A stretch of 64,000 bases of DNA, from assembly GCA_021786315.1 (NCBI GenBank), contig JAJYNN010000002.1, forward strand, positions 462,997 through 526,996. The letters run 5' to 3'. The notes under the pieces were generated by a model that searched no databases, was not told the origin of the DNA, and was given only the letters and a program-made list of their open reading frames with translations. The position numbers and the translations under genes are program-made. This document shows positions 46,759-56,323 of this stretch, piece by piece. The stretch's first letter is position 1, and each line of letters opens with the position of its first letter. The DNA comes from a bacterium (GTDB lineage: Bacteria > Patescibacteriota > Microgenomatia > Daviesbacterales > UBA10151).

Positions 46759-47019
46759 TTGAAAAAATTATACGTAGGTAATTTACCGTGGTCGGTAGAC
46801 AGCAATAAACTAAAAGAATTATTTGGCAAATATGCATCTGTAACTTCCGCCTCAGTGCTTACCGACCGAGAAACAGGAAGAAGCCGTGGTTTTGGTTTTG
46901 TAGAGTTTTCCGATGACAATGAAGCAAATCAAGCTATCCAAGAGATGAATGGTGCTGATATTGAAGGAAGAAAATTAGTTGTTAATGAAGCAAGGCCCAG
47001 GGAAGACCGCCGACCTTAA
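46759..47019 (+). CDS. RRM RNA-binding protein
   Basis: KLYVGNL (RNP2), RGFGFVEF (RNP1); GGAGGTGA SD. Confidence 0.95.
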   Translation: MKKLYVGNLPWSVDSNKLKELFGKYASVTSASVLTDRETGRSRGFGFVEFSDDNEANQAIQEMNGADIEGRKLVVNEARPREDRRP

Positions 47020-47026
47020 TTTATTT

Positions 47027-47947
47027 TTAAAGTAAGTTAGCAAAAGCTGCTAAATCTATACTCCCACTTACCTTGATACGAGGCATGTTGTAAATTGTGC
47101 CCTCAGACTGCATCTTAGAAGCCCAAGTCCCTACAGCTCCCAAATATCCCGCCTTTTGAACCTCTGCAACTACCAGGTTGCTGCTGGCTCCTCCAGGGTA
47201 AGCCATAAAGTTGATCGGTACCCCCAGCTCATCCTGAAGGACTTTTTTGCTTTCAGTTAACTCACTATCCAGGGAAGAAATGGATAATGAAGGCAGATTG
47301 TAGTGGTGCACTGAATGGGCTCCATAGGTTATTAATCCCGATCCCGCCATCTCTTTAATTTGAGCCCAGGTTAGGTAATACCCCTGATTCATTAGTCCTG
47401 TGGGAATAAATACTGTTGCGTGGATACCATATTGTCGCAAAATTTGATAGGCATTGTAATAAAAGTCTTCATACCCGTCATCAACTGTTACAATAACCGG
47501 TTTAGGGGGCAAGCTTCCTCCGTTCATTAAAGCCGGATAAAGACTATCTAGCGTAATAGTGTTGTAACCGTTGTCATGAAGATACTTCATCTGTGCAGTA
47601 AACTTATCCGGAGAGATAGACAAGGCATCACGGGCTATGTCTTTAGGATTGGGGTTATTGCCGATATAGTGGTACAAAAGGATCGGTACCCTCAGCTCTC
47701 TTCCATTTATTTGCGGTGTATATATTTCGGCCTTTTGGGATTCCTTGGCCGGGGTGGCTGATGTGGTCGCCAGAGATGCGGATGAACTGGAATTTTTTAC
47801 TGTGTTGGTAAGCAGGGATTTTTTTATTGCAAAATTTAAAGGCGTTGAAGTTTTTTGCAAAGACAGAAGCGCAAGAAGAAATATAGAAATCCCTGAAAGA
47901 AGAAGTACGGACAAGGGAACCTTAAACCCAAAGAACTTTATCCTCAT
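47027..47947 (-). CDS. Polysaccharide deacetylase (CE4)
   Basis: VPILLYH, TVDDGY, HSVHH, AYPGG. Confidence 0.9.
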   Translation of the reverse strand: MRIKFFGFKVPLSVLLLSGISIFLLALLSLQKTSTPLNFAIKKSLLTNTVKNSSSSASLATTSATPAKESQKAEIYTPQINGRELRVPILLYHYIGNNPNPKDIARDALSISPDKFTAQMKYLHDNGYNTITLDSLYPALMNGGSLPPKPVIVTVDDGYEDFYYNAYQILRQYGIHATVFIPTGLMNQGYYLTWAQIKEMAGSGLITYGAHSVHHYNLPSLSISSLDSELTESKKVLQDELGVPINFMAYPGGASSNLVVAEVQKAGYLGAVGTWASKMQSEGTIYNMPRIKVSGSIDLAAFANLL

Positions 47948-47994
47948 TAAACCATTTTAACAGTGGTCAAATTTAATGACTAGAGTTGGGTTAG

Positions 47995-48076
47995 TGCCGC
48001 GGGTGGGACTCGAACCCACAAGACCAAAGGCCAAAGGATTTTAAGTCCTTCGTGTATACCATTCCACCACCGCGGC
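47995..48076 (-). tRNA. tRNA-Leu(TAA)
   Basis: Cloverleaf; loop CT-TAA-AA. Confidence 0.95.
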
Positions 48077-48105
48077 GTGATCCTGTACTTATACCTTTTT
48101 TGCAG

Positions 48106-48177
48106 TCGGGGTGAGAGGAATTGAACCTCCTGCTTCTCGCTCCCAAAGCGAGCGTTCTGCCGATGAACTACACCCCG
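48106..48177 (-). tRNA. tRNA-Pro(TGG)
   Basis: Cloverleaf; loop TT-TGG-GA. Confidence 0.93.
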
Positions 48178-48267
48178 TAGTTCTCCCCCAAACGCACCTG
48201 TAATTGTACCCTGAATTAGTTATTTTGTACACAGATTGAGCTTTCCTTTCTTGATATAATATTTGGT

Positions 48268-48675
48268 ATGGAAGATTGTATTTTTTGCAAAATTATCAGA
48301 GGCGAGATCCCTTCATACAAAGTCTATGAGGATGAGGATCATCTGGCTTTTTTGACCATCCAACCCATTAACCCCGGTCATACACTTGTTATTCCTAAAA
48401 AACATATATCTTATATTTTTGATATGGATGATAAGGATTTATGCCAACTTATGGTTGTCAGTAAAAAGGTTGCCCGGGTCTTGAAAAAGGCTTTTAGTCC
48501 CCGAACGGGCAAGATTGGGGTGATGGTTGCCGGAGGAGAAGTCCCCCATGTCCATATTCACCTTGTCCCTATGGACGATGAAAGCGACCTCACTTTTGCC
48601 AGACAAAGATCTAATGTCCCCTTGGAAGAGTTCGAGCAGACCCTGAAAAAGATAAAATCAGTATCCTTTGACTAG
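48268..48675 (+). CDS. HIT-family protein
   Basis: CIFCKI, GHTLVIPK, HVHIH. Confidence 0.95.
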   Translation: MEDCIFCKIIRGEIPSYKVYEDEDHLAFLTIQPINPGHTLVIPKKHISYIFDMDDKDLCQLMVVSKKVARVLKKAFSPRTGKIGVMVAGGEVPHVHIHLVPMDDESDLTFARQRSNVPLEEFEQTLKKIKSVSFD

Positions 48676-48705
48676 GGAAGTTTATTGGCCTATAATTAGT
48701 AAACT

Positions 48706-48978
48706 ATGGCAATTGAAACAGCTTCATCGCTTCCTCAACCAATTGAAGATTGGATAGTGAAAGATATCAACAGGCCTTCAAAGGGAATTATGGACCGTAC
48801 TGATAACGGGAAGCCTTTGACCCCGGAACAGCAGCTCGAACTCACACGTCAACAATGGCGGGAGTTTGCCAAAGCTTTACTGGAGATCGGAGACCCTGTT
48901 CTGGATATTTTGACCAGGTTTAGCAGTGCCCGGGAAAAAGCCCGGAAGCATGATCTTCAGCAAGATTTTGAAGTATAA
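48706..48978 (+). CDS. Hypothetical protein
   Basis: 90-aa ORF with ATG after TATAAT. Confidence 0.55.
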   Translation: MAIETASSLPQPIEDWIVKDINRPSKGIMDRTDNGKPLTPEQQLELTRQQWREFAKALLEIGDPVLDILTRFSSAREKARKHDLQQDFEV

Positions 48979-49060
48979 GACAATGTAATCAGACACAGCA
49001 AACCCGCTTATAATACCTTTAAGTAGTTACCAGGATCAGAATTTGATAAAATACCCATAT

Positions 49061-49133
49061 GCGCCCGTAGCTCAGTGGATAGAGCGCGACGGTTCTAACG
49101 TCAGGGTCGGGGGTTCGAATCCCTCCGGGCGCG
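49061..49133 (+). tRNA. tRNA-Arg(TCT)
   Basis: Cloverleaf; loop GT-TCT-AA (atypical G32, one anticodon-stem mismatch). Confidence 0.88.
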
Positions 49134-49333
49134 CAAATTCAAAATTTGGGGTTTGCCTCCTAATTTTGAATTTACTCCTGGGTAGTCAGAATCCTCTTTG
49201 GGGTTTACATAATTTTCGCAGAAAATTACAGGATCGTTTTGACGAAGTCAAAAGGTAGCCCATTAGACAATGCGTTGTCGCAGGATCGTTTTGACGAAGT
49301 CAAAAGGTAGCCCTAATCCCTCCGGGCGCGCCA
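49134..49333 (+). repeat. Insert with two tandem identical 33-bp CAGGATC-hairpin-GTAGCCC elements (49229-49261, 49281-49313), followed by the duplicated tRNA-Arg 3' end with CCA (49315-49333)
   Basis: Direct sequence comparison. Confidence 0.9.
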
Positions 49334-49382
49334 CCCTATCTCCTTGCTTCCCAATCCAAAGATAGATTACTATTAAACTGAT

Positions 49383-50024
49383 ATGCGGAAAAAAGTTGTG
49401 CCCTTAATTTTTCTGGGGTTAGGTGTTTTTTTGATAGTTCAGGTAGTTATGCCTTTAGTGGCTTATAAATACTGGGAGTTTACTGCTTATAATGAAAACC
49501 AGGCACTTTTAAGCCCCAATCCGGGGGCAGGTGATGTTTTGGGAGTTTCCGTCAAAAACATTGATAACTTTCCCGCCTTTGTTTCTAATTCGGAAAGAAG
49601 AAGCTCTTTGCCTTATGAAGACTTTACCCTATCCATTCCCAGTATTAACCTTGGAGCTACCAGGGTTGAAGTTGAATCAAACAGCTTTGAACAGAGTTTA
49701 GCCCAAATGCCGGGAACCGCGTTGCCGGGAGAAAAAGGCAATGTTTTTATCACCGGCCACTCTTCCCTGCCTCAATTTTACCGGCCGGGAAATTTTAAGG
49801 CCATCTTTTCTCACTTACCGGAGGTGAAAAAGGGCGATGAGGTTATTATTGAAGCCGGCGGCCAGCGGTTTGTCTATACTATTAAAGGCATGAAGGTAGT
49901 TGATCCTTCGGAAACCTGGGTTATTAATCCTCCGGACAACAACGGCAGATATTTATCACTTATGACTTGTGTCCCCCCGGGATTATATCTAAAGAGGCTG
50001 ATAGTTTTAGCTGAACTTAATTAG
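49383..50024 (+). CDS. Sortase
   Basis: GNVFITGHS, LMTC, R catalytic motifs. Confidence 0.92.
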   Translation: MRKKVVPLIFLGLGVFLIVQVVMPLVAYKYWEFTAYNENQALLSPNPGAGDVLGVSVKNIDNFPAFVSNSERRSSLPYEDFTLSIPSINLGATRVEVESNSFEQSLAQMPGTALPGEKGNVFITGHSSLPQFYRPGNFKAIFSHLPEVKKGDEVIIEAGGQRFVYTIKGMKVVDPSETWVINPPDNNGRYLSLMTCVPPGLYLKRLIVLAELN

Positions 50025-50490
50025 AAGAAAATATTCGGTCAATTTCTATGGCGACACTTCCTTGGATTCGTTTGAGAGCTTGCTCAAAAGTAATACCAGA
50101 AATTGACGCTAAACGGACAATACGGTTACGACCTACTTCGTTTATGCCATAGCCTAAAACTGCCACCGGGAGATGGAACCTTACAGCTTCAGCTTCTAAC
50201 CGCTTTGCCTCGTCACTATTTTTTGTATCTTCGATGTTTCTTATCTCCGGACGAAGTGTGAATTTTAAGACCTCATTGTAAAGCTCAACGACATTGTACG
50301 GGTCAATTTCGTGCCGGCAGACAAAAAGATCCCTGCCATCTTCGGTGGGAAAAACACCCATAATGGTTTTAAAATCTACCCTATTCTCGTAATGGCCATA
50401 GAGGTTGTACGTATTCACATCCTCTTTTGGGGTAAGCTGGGCAAAACGTGACATTATGTTTTTATAAGAAATACTCTTATCGACTTCCAT
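50017..50490 (-). CDS. Hypothetical protein
   Basis: ATG at 50490; the longer track ORF overlaps tRNA-Gly. Confidence 0.6.
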   Translation of the reverse strand: MEVDKSISYKNIMSRFAQLTPKEDVNTYNLYGHYENRVDFKTIMGVFPTEDGRDLFVCRHEIDPYNVVELYNEVLKFTLRPEIRNIEDTKNSDEAKRLEAEAVRFHLPVAVLGYGINEVGRNRIVRLASISGITFEQALKRIQGSVAIEIDRIFSSN

Positions 50491-50526
50491 ATTAAAAAAT
50501 CCAGCCAGTAAAGGCTGGGTTGGATG

Positions 50527-50598
50527 AGCGGGATAGGGGGATCGAACCCCTGACATTCTGCTTGGAAAGCAGACGTTCTACCGCTGAACTAATCCCGC
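50527..50598 (-). tRNA. tRNA-Gly(TCC)
   Basis: Cloverleaf; loop TT-TCC-AA. Confidence 0.95.
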
Positions 50599-50671
50599 GA
50601 GTGTTACGAGCGAGGTTAGTGAAGTGGCAGGACCAGTCTGAAAGACTAGCCTACCGCCGAACTAATCCCGC
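50599..50671 (-). repeat. Duplicated 5' end of tRNA-Gly(TCC) (50651-50671) plus 34-bp element (50617-50650)
   Basis: 21-nt duplicate with one mismatch; element identical to 54665-54698. Confidence 0.9.
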
Positions 50672-50705
50672 AATAGGAAGTATTTTACCAAATTTTACTT
50701 AAAAT

Positions 50706-51017
50706 CTACAATCCCGGTTTCATTAAACAATAATTAAGTCTCGTCTTTGTGGTGGTAATTTGTAAATCATCTGACATGGTGCTAAGGGGGTCCTGTAATT
50801 TTTCTTTCACAAGTTCCAACATAGGCCGCTCCATCTCATCTATAGTAAAATCCATAGCTGAAATTACCCATATCTGTTTATTTAGACGGCATTTCGAACA
50901 GGTATAAATAACATCCAATAATAAAAATTGTCGGGAATTTCCTCCGCGTGCTTGACCTACCGTAGAAATTGAATCTATTTCATGTTTAAGCTCACAGGCA
51001 TGTTCTGCCTTCGTCAT
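50706..51017 (-). CDS. Hypothetical protein
   Basis: 103-aa ORF with CxxC. Confidence 0.5.
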   Translation of the reverse strand: MTKAEHACELKHEIDSISTVGQARGGNSRQFLLLDVIYTCSKCRLNKQIWVISAMDFTIDEMERPMLELVKEKLQDPLSTMSDDLQITTTKTRLNYCLMKPGL

Positions 51018-51065
51018 GCGGGAAATTATATAGGGGTTTAAGGCTAAAGTCTATTAAATTTACCA

Positions 51066-52307
51066 CTATATCTTGAATCTTCGGTCAGAAAGAAACGGAT
51101 TTGGCTTGCGTTTCATTGAACAGGAGTCTAATAGAATTCCTCTCATTAAGGTAAAGTCACCAAACTTACCATTCACTTTATCCAGAGTCTGCAGGATCTT
51201 TTCCTGCCTATTTACCTCGGGAAGCCAGGATAAATTCGCTGGTTTGAATGGTTTGAGGTTGGAAATGGCTACCCCAATCATCCTAATTTTCTCTCCATCC
51301 CAAATCTGGTGAAATATCTCCCAACCTCCTTGAAAGATTTCTAAACCATCAGTAGTGTAATTTTTCAAAGTTTTTTGCATCCCATCCCCATGAAATACCA
51401 TTTCTGCACCAGGTTGAAAAGCTGATCTATACCAGCAATGGATTGTCTTACCCGTCATTCTCTTCTTCCTTAGCCTCGCAGCCACCATCTCACTCATTTT
51501 AAGGAGGATTTGCCTGATCTCAGCCGGATCTTTTGTGTCGTGGTCAATTGTGTAGCGGTGGCCGATGGATTTGACCTCCTCTTTTTCATAAAAAGGTTTA
51601 ATGGGAGTATGATCTATCCCACGAGCCATGTTGTATAAAACTTCTCCGTAGGATTTGAAGGAGGCTAAAAGATATTCTTTAGGGGTTTTACGTAAAGTTT
51701 TAAAATCCCGGATCCCTAAGTTAAAAAGCCTCTTTTTCATCCTCGGGCCAATACCGCAAACATCATCAAGCTCTGCCTGGTCTAATACTCTTAAGGCAGT
51801 CTCCTGATCAGGTATAACCACTAACCCATCTGGCTTTTGCAAAGATCCGGCAAGTTTTGCCATTAACTTGTTATAAGAAATTCCAATAGAACAGGTAATC
51901 CTTTCCCCAAGCTCGACTCGGAGCCGCTGTTTGATCTCATGAGCTATTCTGATACTCTGACATTCCGATACTCCGTCACACTGGAGGAAACATTCATCAA
52001 TGGAAAACACTTCCAAGTAGGGTGTGTAATCCTTAAAAATGTTCAAAAACTTGGTGGTGCAGGTTAGGTATTTATCGGAATCTCCGGGAACAATGATAAT
52101 TTCCGGACAGACCTTTCTGGCTTCCCAAACCTGCATTCCGGTTTTTACTCCCCTTTTTTTGGCTTCAATAGAGGCCGTACAGAGGACAGTTCTTACTTCA
52201 CGGTCTCCTCCGGTTACCCCAACAGGTTTACCCCGAAGTCTGGGATTAGCTTGCTGCTCCACACTCGCGAAGTATGAATTCATGTCTATATGGAGGATTG
52301 TTTTCAT
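51066..52307 (-). CDS. dinB: DNA polymerase IV (Y family)
   Basis: ILHIDMNSYFASVEQ, SIDE, KPDG; true start likely ATG 52307. Confidence 0.93.
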   Translation of the reverse strand: MKTILHIDMNSYFASVEQQANPRLRGKPVGVTGGDREVRTVLCTASIEAKKRGVKTGMQVWEARKVCPEIIIVPGDSDKYLTCTTKFLNIFKDYTPYLEVFSIDECFLQCDGVSECQSIRIAHEIKQRLRVELGERITCSIGISYNKLMAKLAGSLQKPDGLVVIPDQETALRVLDQAELDDVCGIGPRMKKRLFNLGIRDFKTLRKTPKEYLLASFKSYGEVLYNMARGIDHTPIKPFYEKEEVKSIGHRYTIDHDTKDPAEIRQILLKMSEMVAARLRKKRMTGKTIHCWYRSAFQPGAEMVFHGDGMQKTLKNYTTDGLEIFQGGWEIFHQIWDGEKIRMIGVAISNLKPFKPANLSWLPEVNRQEKILQTLDKVNGKFGDFTLMRGILLDSCSMKRKPNPFLSDRRFKI

Positions 52308-52314
52308 GGTTTTA

Positions 52315-52399
52315 AAGGCGACCTCCTTGTCCGTATGGCAAAGTGTTGCCTTGTGCGTTTTTTCAAGGTGACGCCTGCCTTCGGACGAGGCGTCACCTT
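52315..52399. repeat. Cluster of (C)AAGG-N5-CCTT(G) REP-like palindromes, including a perfect 12-bp inverted pair
   Basis: AAGGTGACGCCT (52365-52376) / AGGCGTCACCTT (52388-52399). Confidence 0.75.
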
Positions 52400-52411
52400 T
52401 TTTAAGAGTCT

Positions 52412-52657
52412 CTAATTCTCTTCCTCTACCATTTCCAGAAACCACTTGAGCTTCCCGGTATCAAATTTTAGGCGGTAAAAATTACTGTTTGCCGAGACGG
52501 AGAAATGATAGAATATGGAAGCACCTGAGTGGGAGTTGTGAACGAGGTTAACAGCGTCGATTTTAATAGCCCGGCCTTTCCAGAAAAACAGGTATGGCTG
52601 TACCTGGGCGTTTTTAAAAAATACCCAAACGTTTACAGGTTCTAAAATCTCTACCAT
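52412..52657 (-). CDS. Small hypothetical protein upstream of dinB
   Basis: MVEILEPVNVWVFF...WFLE, co-oriented with dinB. Confidence 0.7.
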   Translation of the reverse strand: MVEILEPVNVWVFFKNAQVQPYLFFWKGRAIKIDAVNLVHNSHSGASIFYHFSVSANSNFYRLKFDTGKLKWFLEMVEEEN

Positions 52658-52694
52658 ACAATGAATATATACCAAATAAAACCCGAAATACAAT

Positions 52695-54434
52695 ATGACA
52701 AATTACATTAAACTTATCTTTTTAATCTCATTCTTAATTCTGAATTCTATATTCTTAATTCGGCCTGCACAGGCTGTTGTTGATCCCCTATCCACCCCTA
52801 ACAATAAATTTGGGGTCCACATTATTACCGGCAGCCCCGACGAGGCTTCCCCTGCCGCCCAGATGGTAAACTCCTCCGGCGGAGACTGGGGCTATATTAC
52901 GGTTTTAATTGAAAGTAAAAATAGGAATCACGATCAATGGCAAGCCTTTTTTAATGATTTAAGACGCCGACACTTAATCCCTCTGGTAAGAATTGCTACC
53001 GAGCCTGAGGGAAATTATTGGAAAATTCCTTATAACGGTGAAGAACAAGCCTGGGCAGACTTCCTGGACAGCCTGGTTTGGCCCACCAAGAACCGTTATG
53101 TCATTATCTATAACGAGCCCAACCAGGGCCAGGAATGGGCTGGTAAAGTGGATCCGGCCTCTTATGCCCAGGTTTTAGATAAAACAATCACCGCTTTAAA
53201 GAATAAAAATCCCGATTTTTTTGTCCTCAATGCCGGACTTGATGCATCTGCCCCCGATAAATACCCCAGCTACGCTGATGAGACCACATTCTTAAGCCAA
53301 ATGGAGGCTGCAGTCCCGGGGATTTTTAATAAGCTGGATGGCTGGGTTTCCCATTCCTACCCCAACCCCGGCTTTGCCGGTTCCCCTGATGCCTCCGGAC
53401 GCGGGACAGTCAGGACTTGGGCTTGGGAGTTAAATTACCTGAAAAATTTAGGTGTAAATAAAACTCTCCCGGTGTTTATTACCGAAACAGGCTGGAAACA
53501 TGCTGAGGGGCTGGATTACGATAAATCCTTACCCAATGCCGATACAGTCGCCGATTATCTTAAGGATGCTTTTACCAATGCCTGGAATAGCAGCCAAATC
53601 GTGGCTGTTACCCCATTCCTGCTCAACTACCAACAGGCTCCTTTTGACCATTTCTCTTTTAAGAAGCTGACAGGAGAGCCGCAAAACCTGAAGATCCTTG
53701 GCGCTTCCTACCCGGATTATTACCCGCCATACCAAGCTATGATGGATCTGCCGAAGGTAGCCGGCCACCCTTTTCAGGAAAACAAAGCTGCTCTAGTAAA
53801 AGGCACTATTTACCCCTCAATTGTGGCCGGGGAAAGCTACACCATTCCCTTAACCTTTAAAAATACAGGGCAATCAATTTGGGAGGATGGTGAACCACTT
53901 GAGCTCAGGGTATTATCCGGAGGTGATGATTTTGGAATTCAATCCATTCAGCCTGCCATTGCCCAAAAAGTAGAACCCGGACAAAACGCTATCTTTAATG
54001 TAAATCTTAAAGCTCCCCAAGGCGGAGATTATCAAATTACCCTACAGCTATTTCACGGAGGCAAAGCTTTTGACCAAAACCCGTTTGTTTTCAATACCAA
54101 GGTTAAATCCCCGGTGATTTTACAGGTTAAAACTTCCCTTTGGGGCAAGAAAAATTCTGCCGGAAGTTATCTTTTAACCATCCTCAATAACGCTTTTAAG
54201 AGCAGTGTCGAGGTAACCATAGATGACCAGGGAATATCCAAACCTTTGGAATCACGCTATCTTTTGCCGGATTATCCTTTTACCTTTACCCTCCACAAAC
54301 CCTTCTATAAACCTAAGTCGATCAATGTTCAGGTTGTTTCCGGTATCAACCAGTTAAATTTTGGGACTTTAGAGCCTGACTTCTTATCAGCGATTTTAAA
54401 TCCCAAAGAGTTTTGGGATTTGCTTCCGTTTTAG
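52695..54434 (+). CDS. Exported clan GH-A-like glycoside hydrolase with Ig-like domain
   Basis: YNEPN, SHSYP, ITETGW; signal peptide. Confidence 0.8.
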   Translation: MTNYIKLIFLISFLILNSIFLIRPAQAVVDPLSTPNNKFGVHIITGSPDEASPAAQMVNSSGGDWGYITVLIESKNRNHDQWQAFFNDLRRRHLIPLVRIATEPEGNYWKIPYNGEEQAWADFLDSLVWPTKNRYVIIYNEPNQGQEWAGKVDPASYAQVLDKTITALKNKNPDFFVLNAGLDASAPDKYPSYADETTFLSQMEAAVPGIFNKLDGWVSHSYPNPGFAGSPDASGRGTVRTWAWELNYLKNLGVNKTLPVFITETGWKHAEGLDYDKSLPNADTVADYLKDAFTNAWNSSQIVAVTPFLLNYQQAPFDHFSFKKLTGEPQNLKILGASYPDYYPPYQAMMDLPKVAGHPFQENKAALVKGTIYPSIVAGESYTIPLTFKNTGQSIWEDGEPLELRVLSGGDDFGIQSIQPAIAQKVEPGQNAIFNVNLKAPQGGDYQITLQLFHGGKAFDQNPFVFNTKVKSPVILQVKTSLWGKKNSAGSYLLTILNNAFKSSVEVTIDDQGISKPLESRYLLPDYPFTFTLHKPFYKPKSINVQVVSGINQLNFGTLEPDFLSAILNPKEFWDLLPF

Positions 54435-54467
54435 AATTTACGCACAAATTGGTCTATTTTGATATAG

Positions 54468-54591
54468 TTGACAAGATTCAAATAATAGTGTATTATTACT
54501 TCACTTATTAACCGTAAGGCTAATAAGTATTTACTTACAAGCCGCAAGGCGAGTGAGTTCTCGAAAAAGGTCCCGCAAGGGACTTTTTTCG
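54468..54591 (+). ncRNA. Candidate ~90-nt sRNA with three CC-GYAA-GG hairpins and its own promoter
   Basis: TTGACA-17-TATTAT (54468-54496); hairpins at 54503-54528, 54533-54558 and 54562-54591, the last terminator-like. Confidence 0.6.
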
Positions 54592-54638
54592 TGGAAAACA
54601 ATAGCCTTTTACCTTATAAACTGATAAAATACTCATTA

Positions 54639-54708
54639 TCGTGGTGGCTGTAGCTCAGCGGTAGGCTAGTCTTTCAGACTGGTCCTGCCACTTCACTACA
54701 TTCCCACT
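54639..54708 (+). repeat. 26-bp duplicate of the tRNA-His 5' region (54639-54664) plus 34-bp element (54665-54698)
   Basis: Duplicate identical to 54709-54734; element identical to the reverse complement of 50617-50650. Confidence 0.9.
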
Positions 54709-54712
54709 TCGT

Positions 54713-54788
54713 GGTGGCTGTAGCTCAGCGGTAGAGCGCCTGCCTGTGGAGCAGGATGTCGAGGGTTCAACTCCCTTCAGCCACCCCA
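54713..54788 (+). tRNA. tRNA-His(GTG) with G-1 and CCA
   Basis: Cloverleaf; loop CT-GTG-GA. Confidence 0.95.
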
Positions 54789-54789
54789 A

Positions 54790-55710
54790 CTATCGACAGC
54801 TATCCGGCAAGACAGTATAAAACCCATTGGTAACCGACCTTAAGATATCCGACAGCTCGTTTTGTTTTAAGGTGTTTGAATCGGTAATTTTTGTCGGGTT
54901 GTTGGGATCAAAATCAAATTTAACCTCCAAATTGTTTTGTGCCGAATCATTAACTTTAAAATTAATTACCGCTAAAGTATTTTTACTGTTAAACATGCCT
55001 ATTCCATCAGCATCCGCCAAATTTAGTTCAATCCTGCCCTTTAAATTGTCGTAATTATCCGCAGGAAAGTTATATTGGGAATAAGTCCCAACTTGACCCA
55101 CAATTGAGGTCACTTTTAGCTTTGTCGGATCAAAACTCAGCAAGATGTCCACCACATCGATCTTATTGCTATTGGGGTCAATATTTACTTTTAGGCTCAA
55201 GGTGCTGCCCTTTTTATAAGCTCCATTAGCCGGATATAGGGAAAGGGCGGCTCCGGAAGAATTGGCAGACACTACCGTATTCACGCTGGTAGTACCACAG
55301 GAAGGAGTCGGGGTTGGAGCTGCAGTAGGTTTTACAGTTGGTTTTGGGGTAACTGTTGGAACCCGGGTAGGAGCTGGGGTTGGATTTGAACCAAGCAGCC
55401 TTTGTTTTAATATCTCAATTGCCAAGAGAAGACCGTTTGAGCTTGAAGTGGTTGGAGTAGGTGCAACGGAAGAAGTGGCGGCAGTGGCCTCAGACTTGGT
55501 TAAATTGAGGATCCCGGAGGAGGTAGCAGCCAAACGCGAAGCTTCAACAATGGGAATTTTTGTGGGTCCGGGGGTAAGATTAGAAGTAATTATCGGTTTG
55601 GGATTATTTTGTTTGGGAGCGGTCAAAAAGTATGTCCCCCCAGCTCCTATCAAAGCGGTTAATAAAACCCCCAAAAGTATTAATACCGGAGCGAATCCCC
55701 TCTCTTTCAC
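54790..55710 (-). CDS. Surface protein with pilin-like N-terminus, P/T linker and cohesin-like domain
   Basis: MKERG|FAPVLILL; VDILLSFDPTKLKV...LAVINFKV. Confidence 0.7.
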   Translation of the reverse strand: MKERGFAPVLILLGVLLTALIGAGGTYFLTAPKQNNPKPIITSNLTPGPTKIPIVEASRLAATSSGILNLTKSEATAATSSVAPTPTTSSSNGLLLAIEILKQRLLGSNPTPAPTRVPTVTPKPTVKPTAAPTPTPSCGTTSVNTVVSANSSGAALSLYPANGAYKKGSTLSLKVNIDPNSNKIDVVDILLSFDPTKLKVTSIVGQVGTYSQYNFPADNYDNLKGRIELNLADADGIGMFNSKNTLAVINFKVNDSAQNNLEVKFDFDPNNPTKITDSNTLKQNELSDILRSVTNGFYTVLPDSCR

Positions 55711-55830
55711 TACAATTTATCATCTGACACTCAGGATATAAAAGCAATAAGATTATATTATCTCTTTCCATTGCCTTACTTTTTTAAGTCTTTTATTTAA
55801 AACAATTGCCCTAATATTGTTTTTACTCTC

Positions 55831-56316
55831 ATGGATTGGGTAAAGAAGCTAGCCTTTATTGTCTTTATTCTTTTAAGCCAACTGCCAATGGCTTTAATTC
55901 CTGCCCAACCCGCTTATGCCCAAACAATCCCCCAAAAAAGGATAGAGGTGGATTTAACCAACCAAAGGCTTTATGCCTACCAAGGCAATACGCTAGTCTA
56001 TAACTTCCCTATTTCTTCCGGAACCTTAATCCATCCCACCGTTACCGGAACTTATAAACCTTGGGGTAAGTATAGATATTACGAAATGATCGGGGGAAGC
56101 ACGGCAAACGGTGATTATTATGATCTCCCCAATGTTCCATATGTTGTGTATTTTTACCAGGGATACGCTATCCATGGAACCTATTGGCACAACAACTTTG
56201 GCCATCCCATGAGCCACGGATGTGTTAATGTCTCCATTCCCAATATGGCCCTGCTTTATCCCTGGATTGACTACTCCACCTCTATTACCATCTACGGCAC
56301 TACCCCCTCATACTAA
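55831..56316 (+). CDS. L,D-transpeptidase (YkuD family)
   Basis: IEVDLTNQRL, IHGTYWH...SHGCVN. Confidence 0.93.
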   Translation: MDWVKKLAFIVFILLSQLPMALIPAQPAYAQTIPQKRIEVDLTNQRLYAYQGNTLVYNFPISSGTLIHPTVTGTYKPWGKYRYYEMIGGSTANGDYYDLPNVPYVVYFYQGYAIHGTYWHNNFGHPMSHGCVNVSIPNMALLYPWIDYSTSITIYGTTPSY

Positions 56317-56323
56317 ATATAAA

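Noticed and set aside
48079-49037. Isolated GATCCTG/CAGGATC heptamers near tRNA-Leu(TAA) and tRNA-Arg
   Set aside because: They lack the hairpin and GTAGCCC half; possibly remnants but indistinguishable from chance.
49229-49313. Two 33-bp palindromic direct repeats as a mini CRISPR array
   Set aside because: Only two copies with a 19-nt self-complementary spacer, no cas genes, and the motif recurs singly at other tRNAs.
52308-52445. 46-aa N-terminal extension of DinB in the ORF track
   Set aside because: It spans a palindromic repeat cluster and overlaps the upstream gene; family homology starts at MKTILHID (52307).
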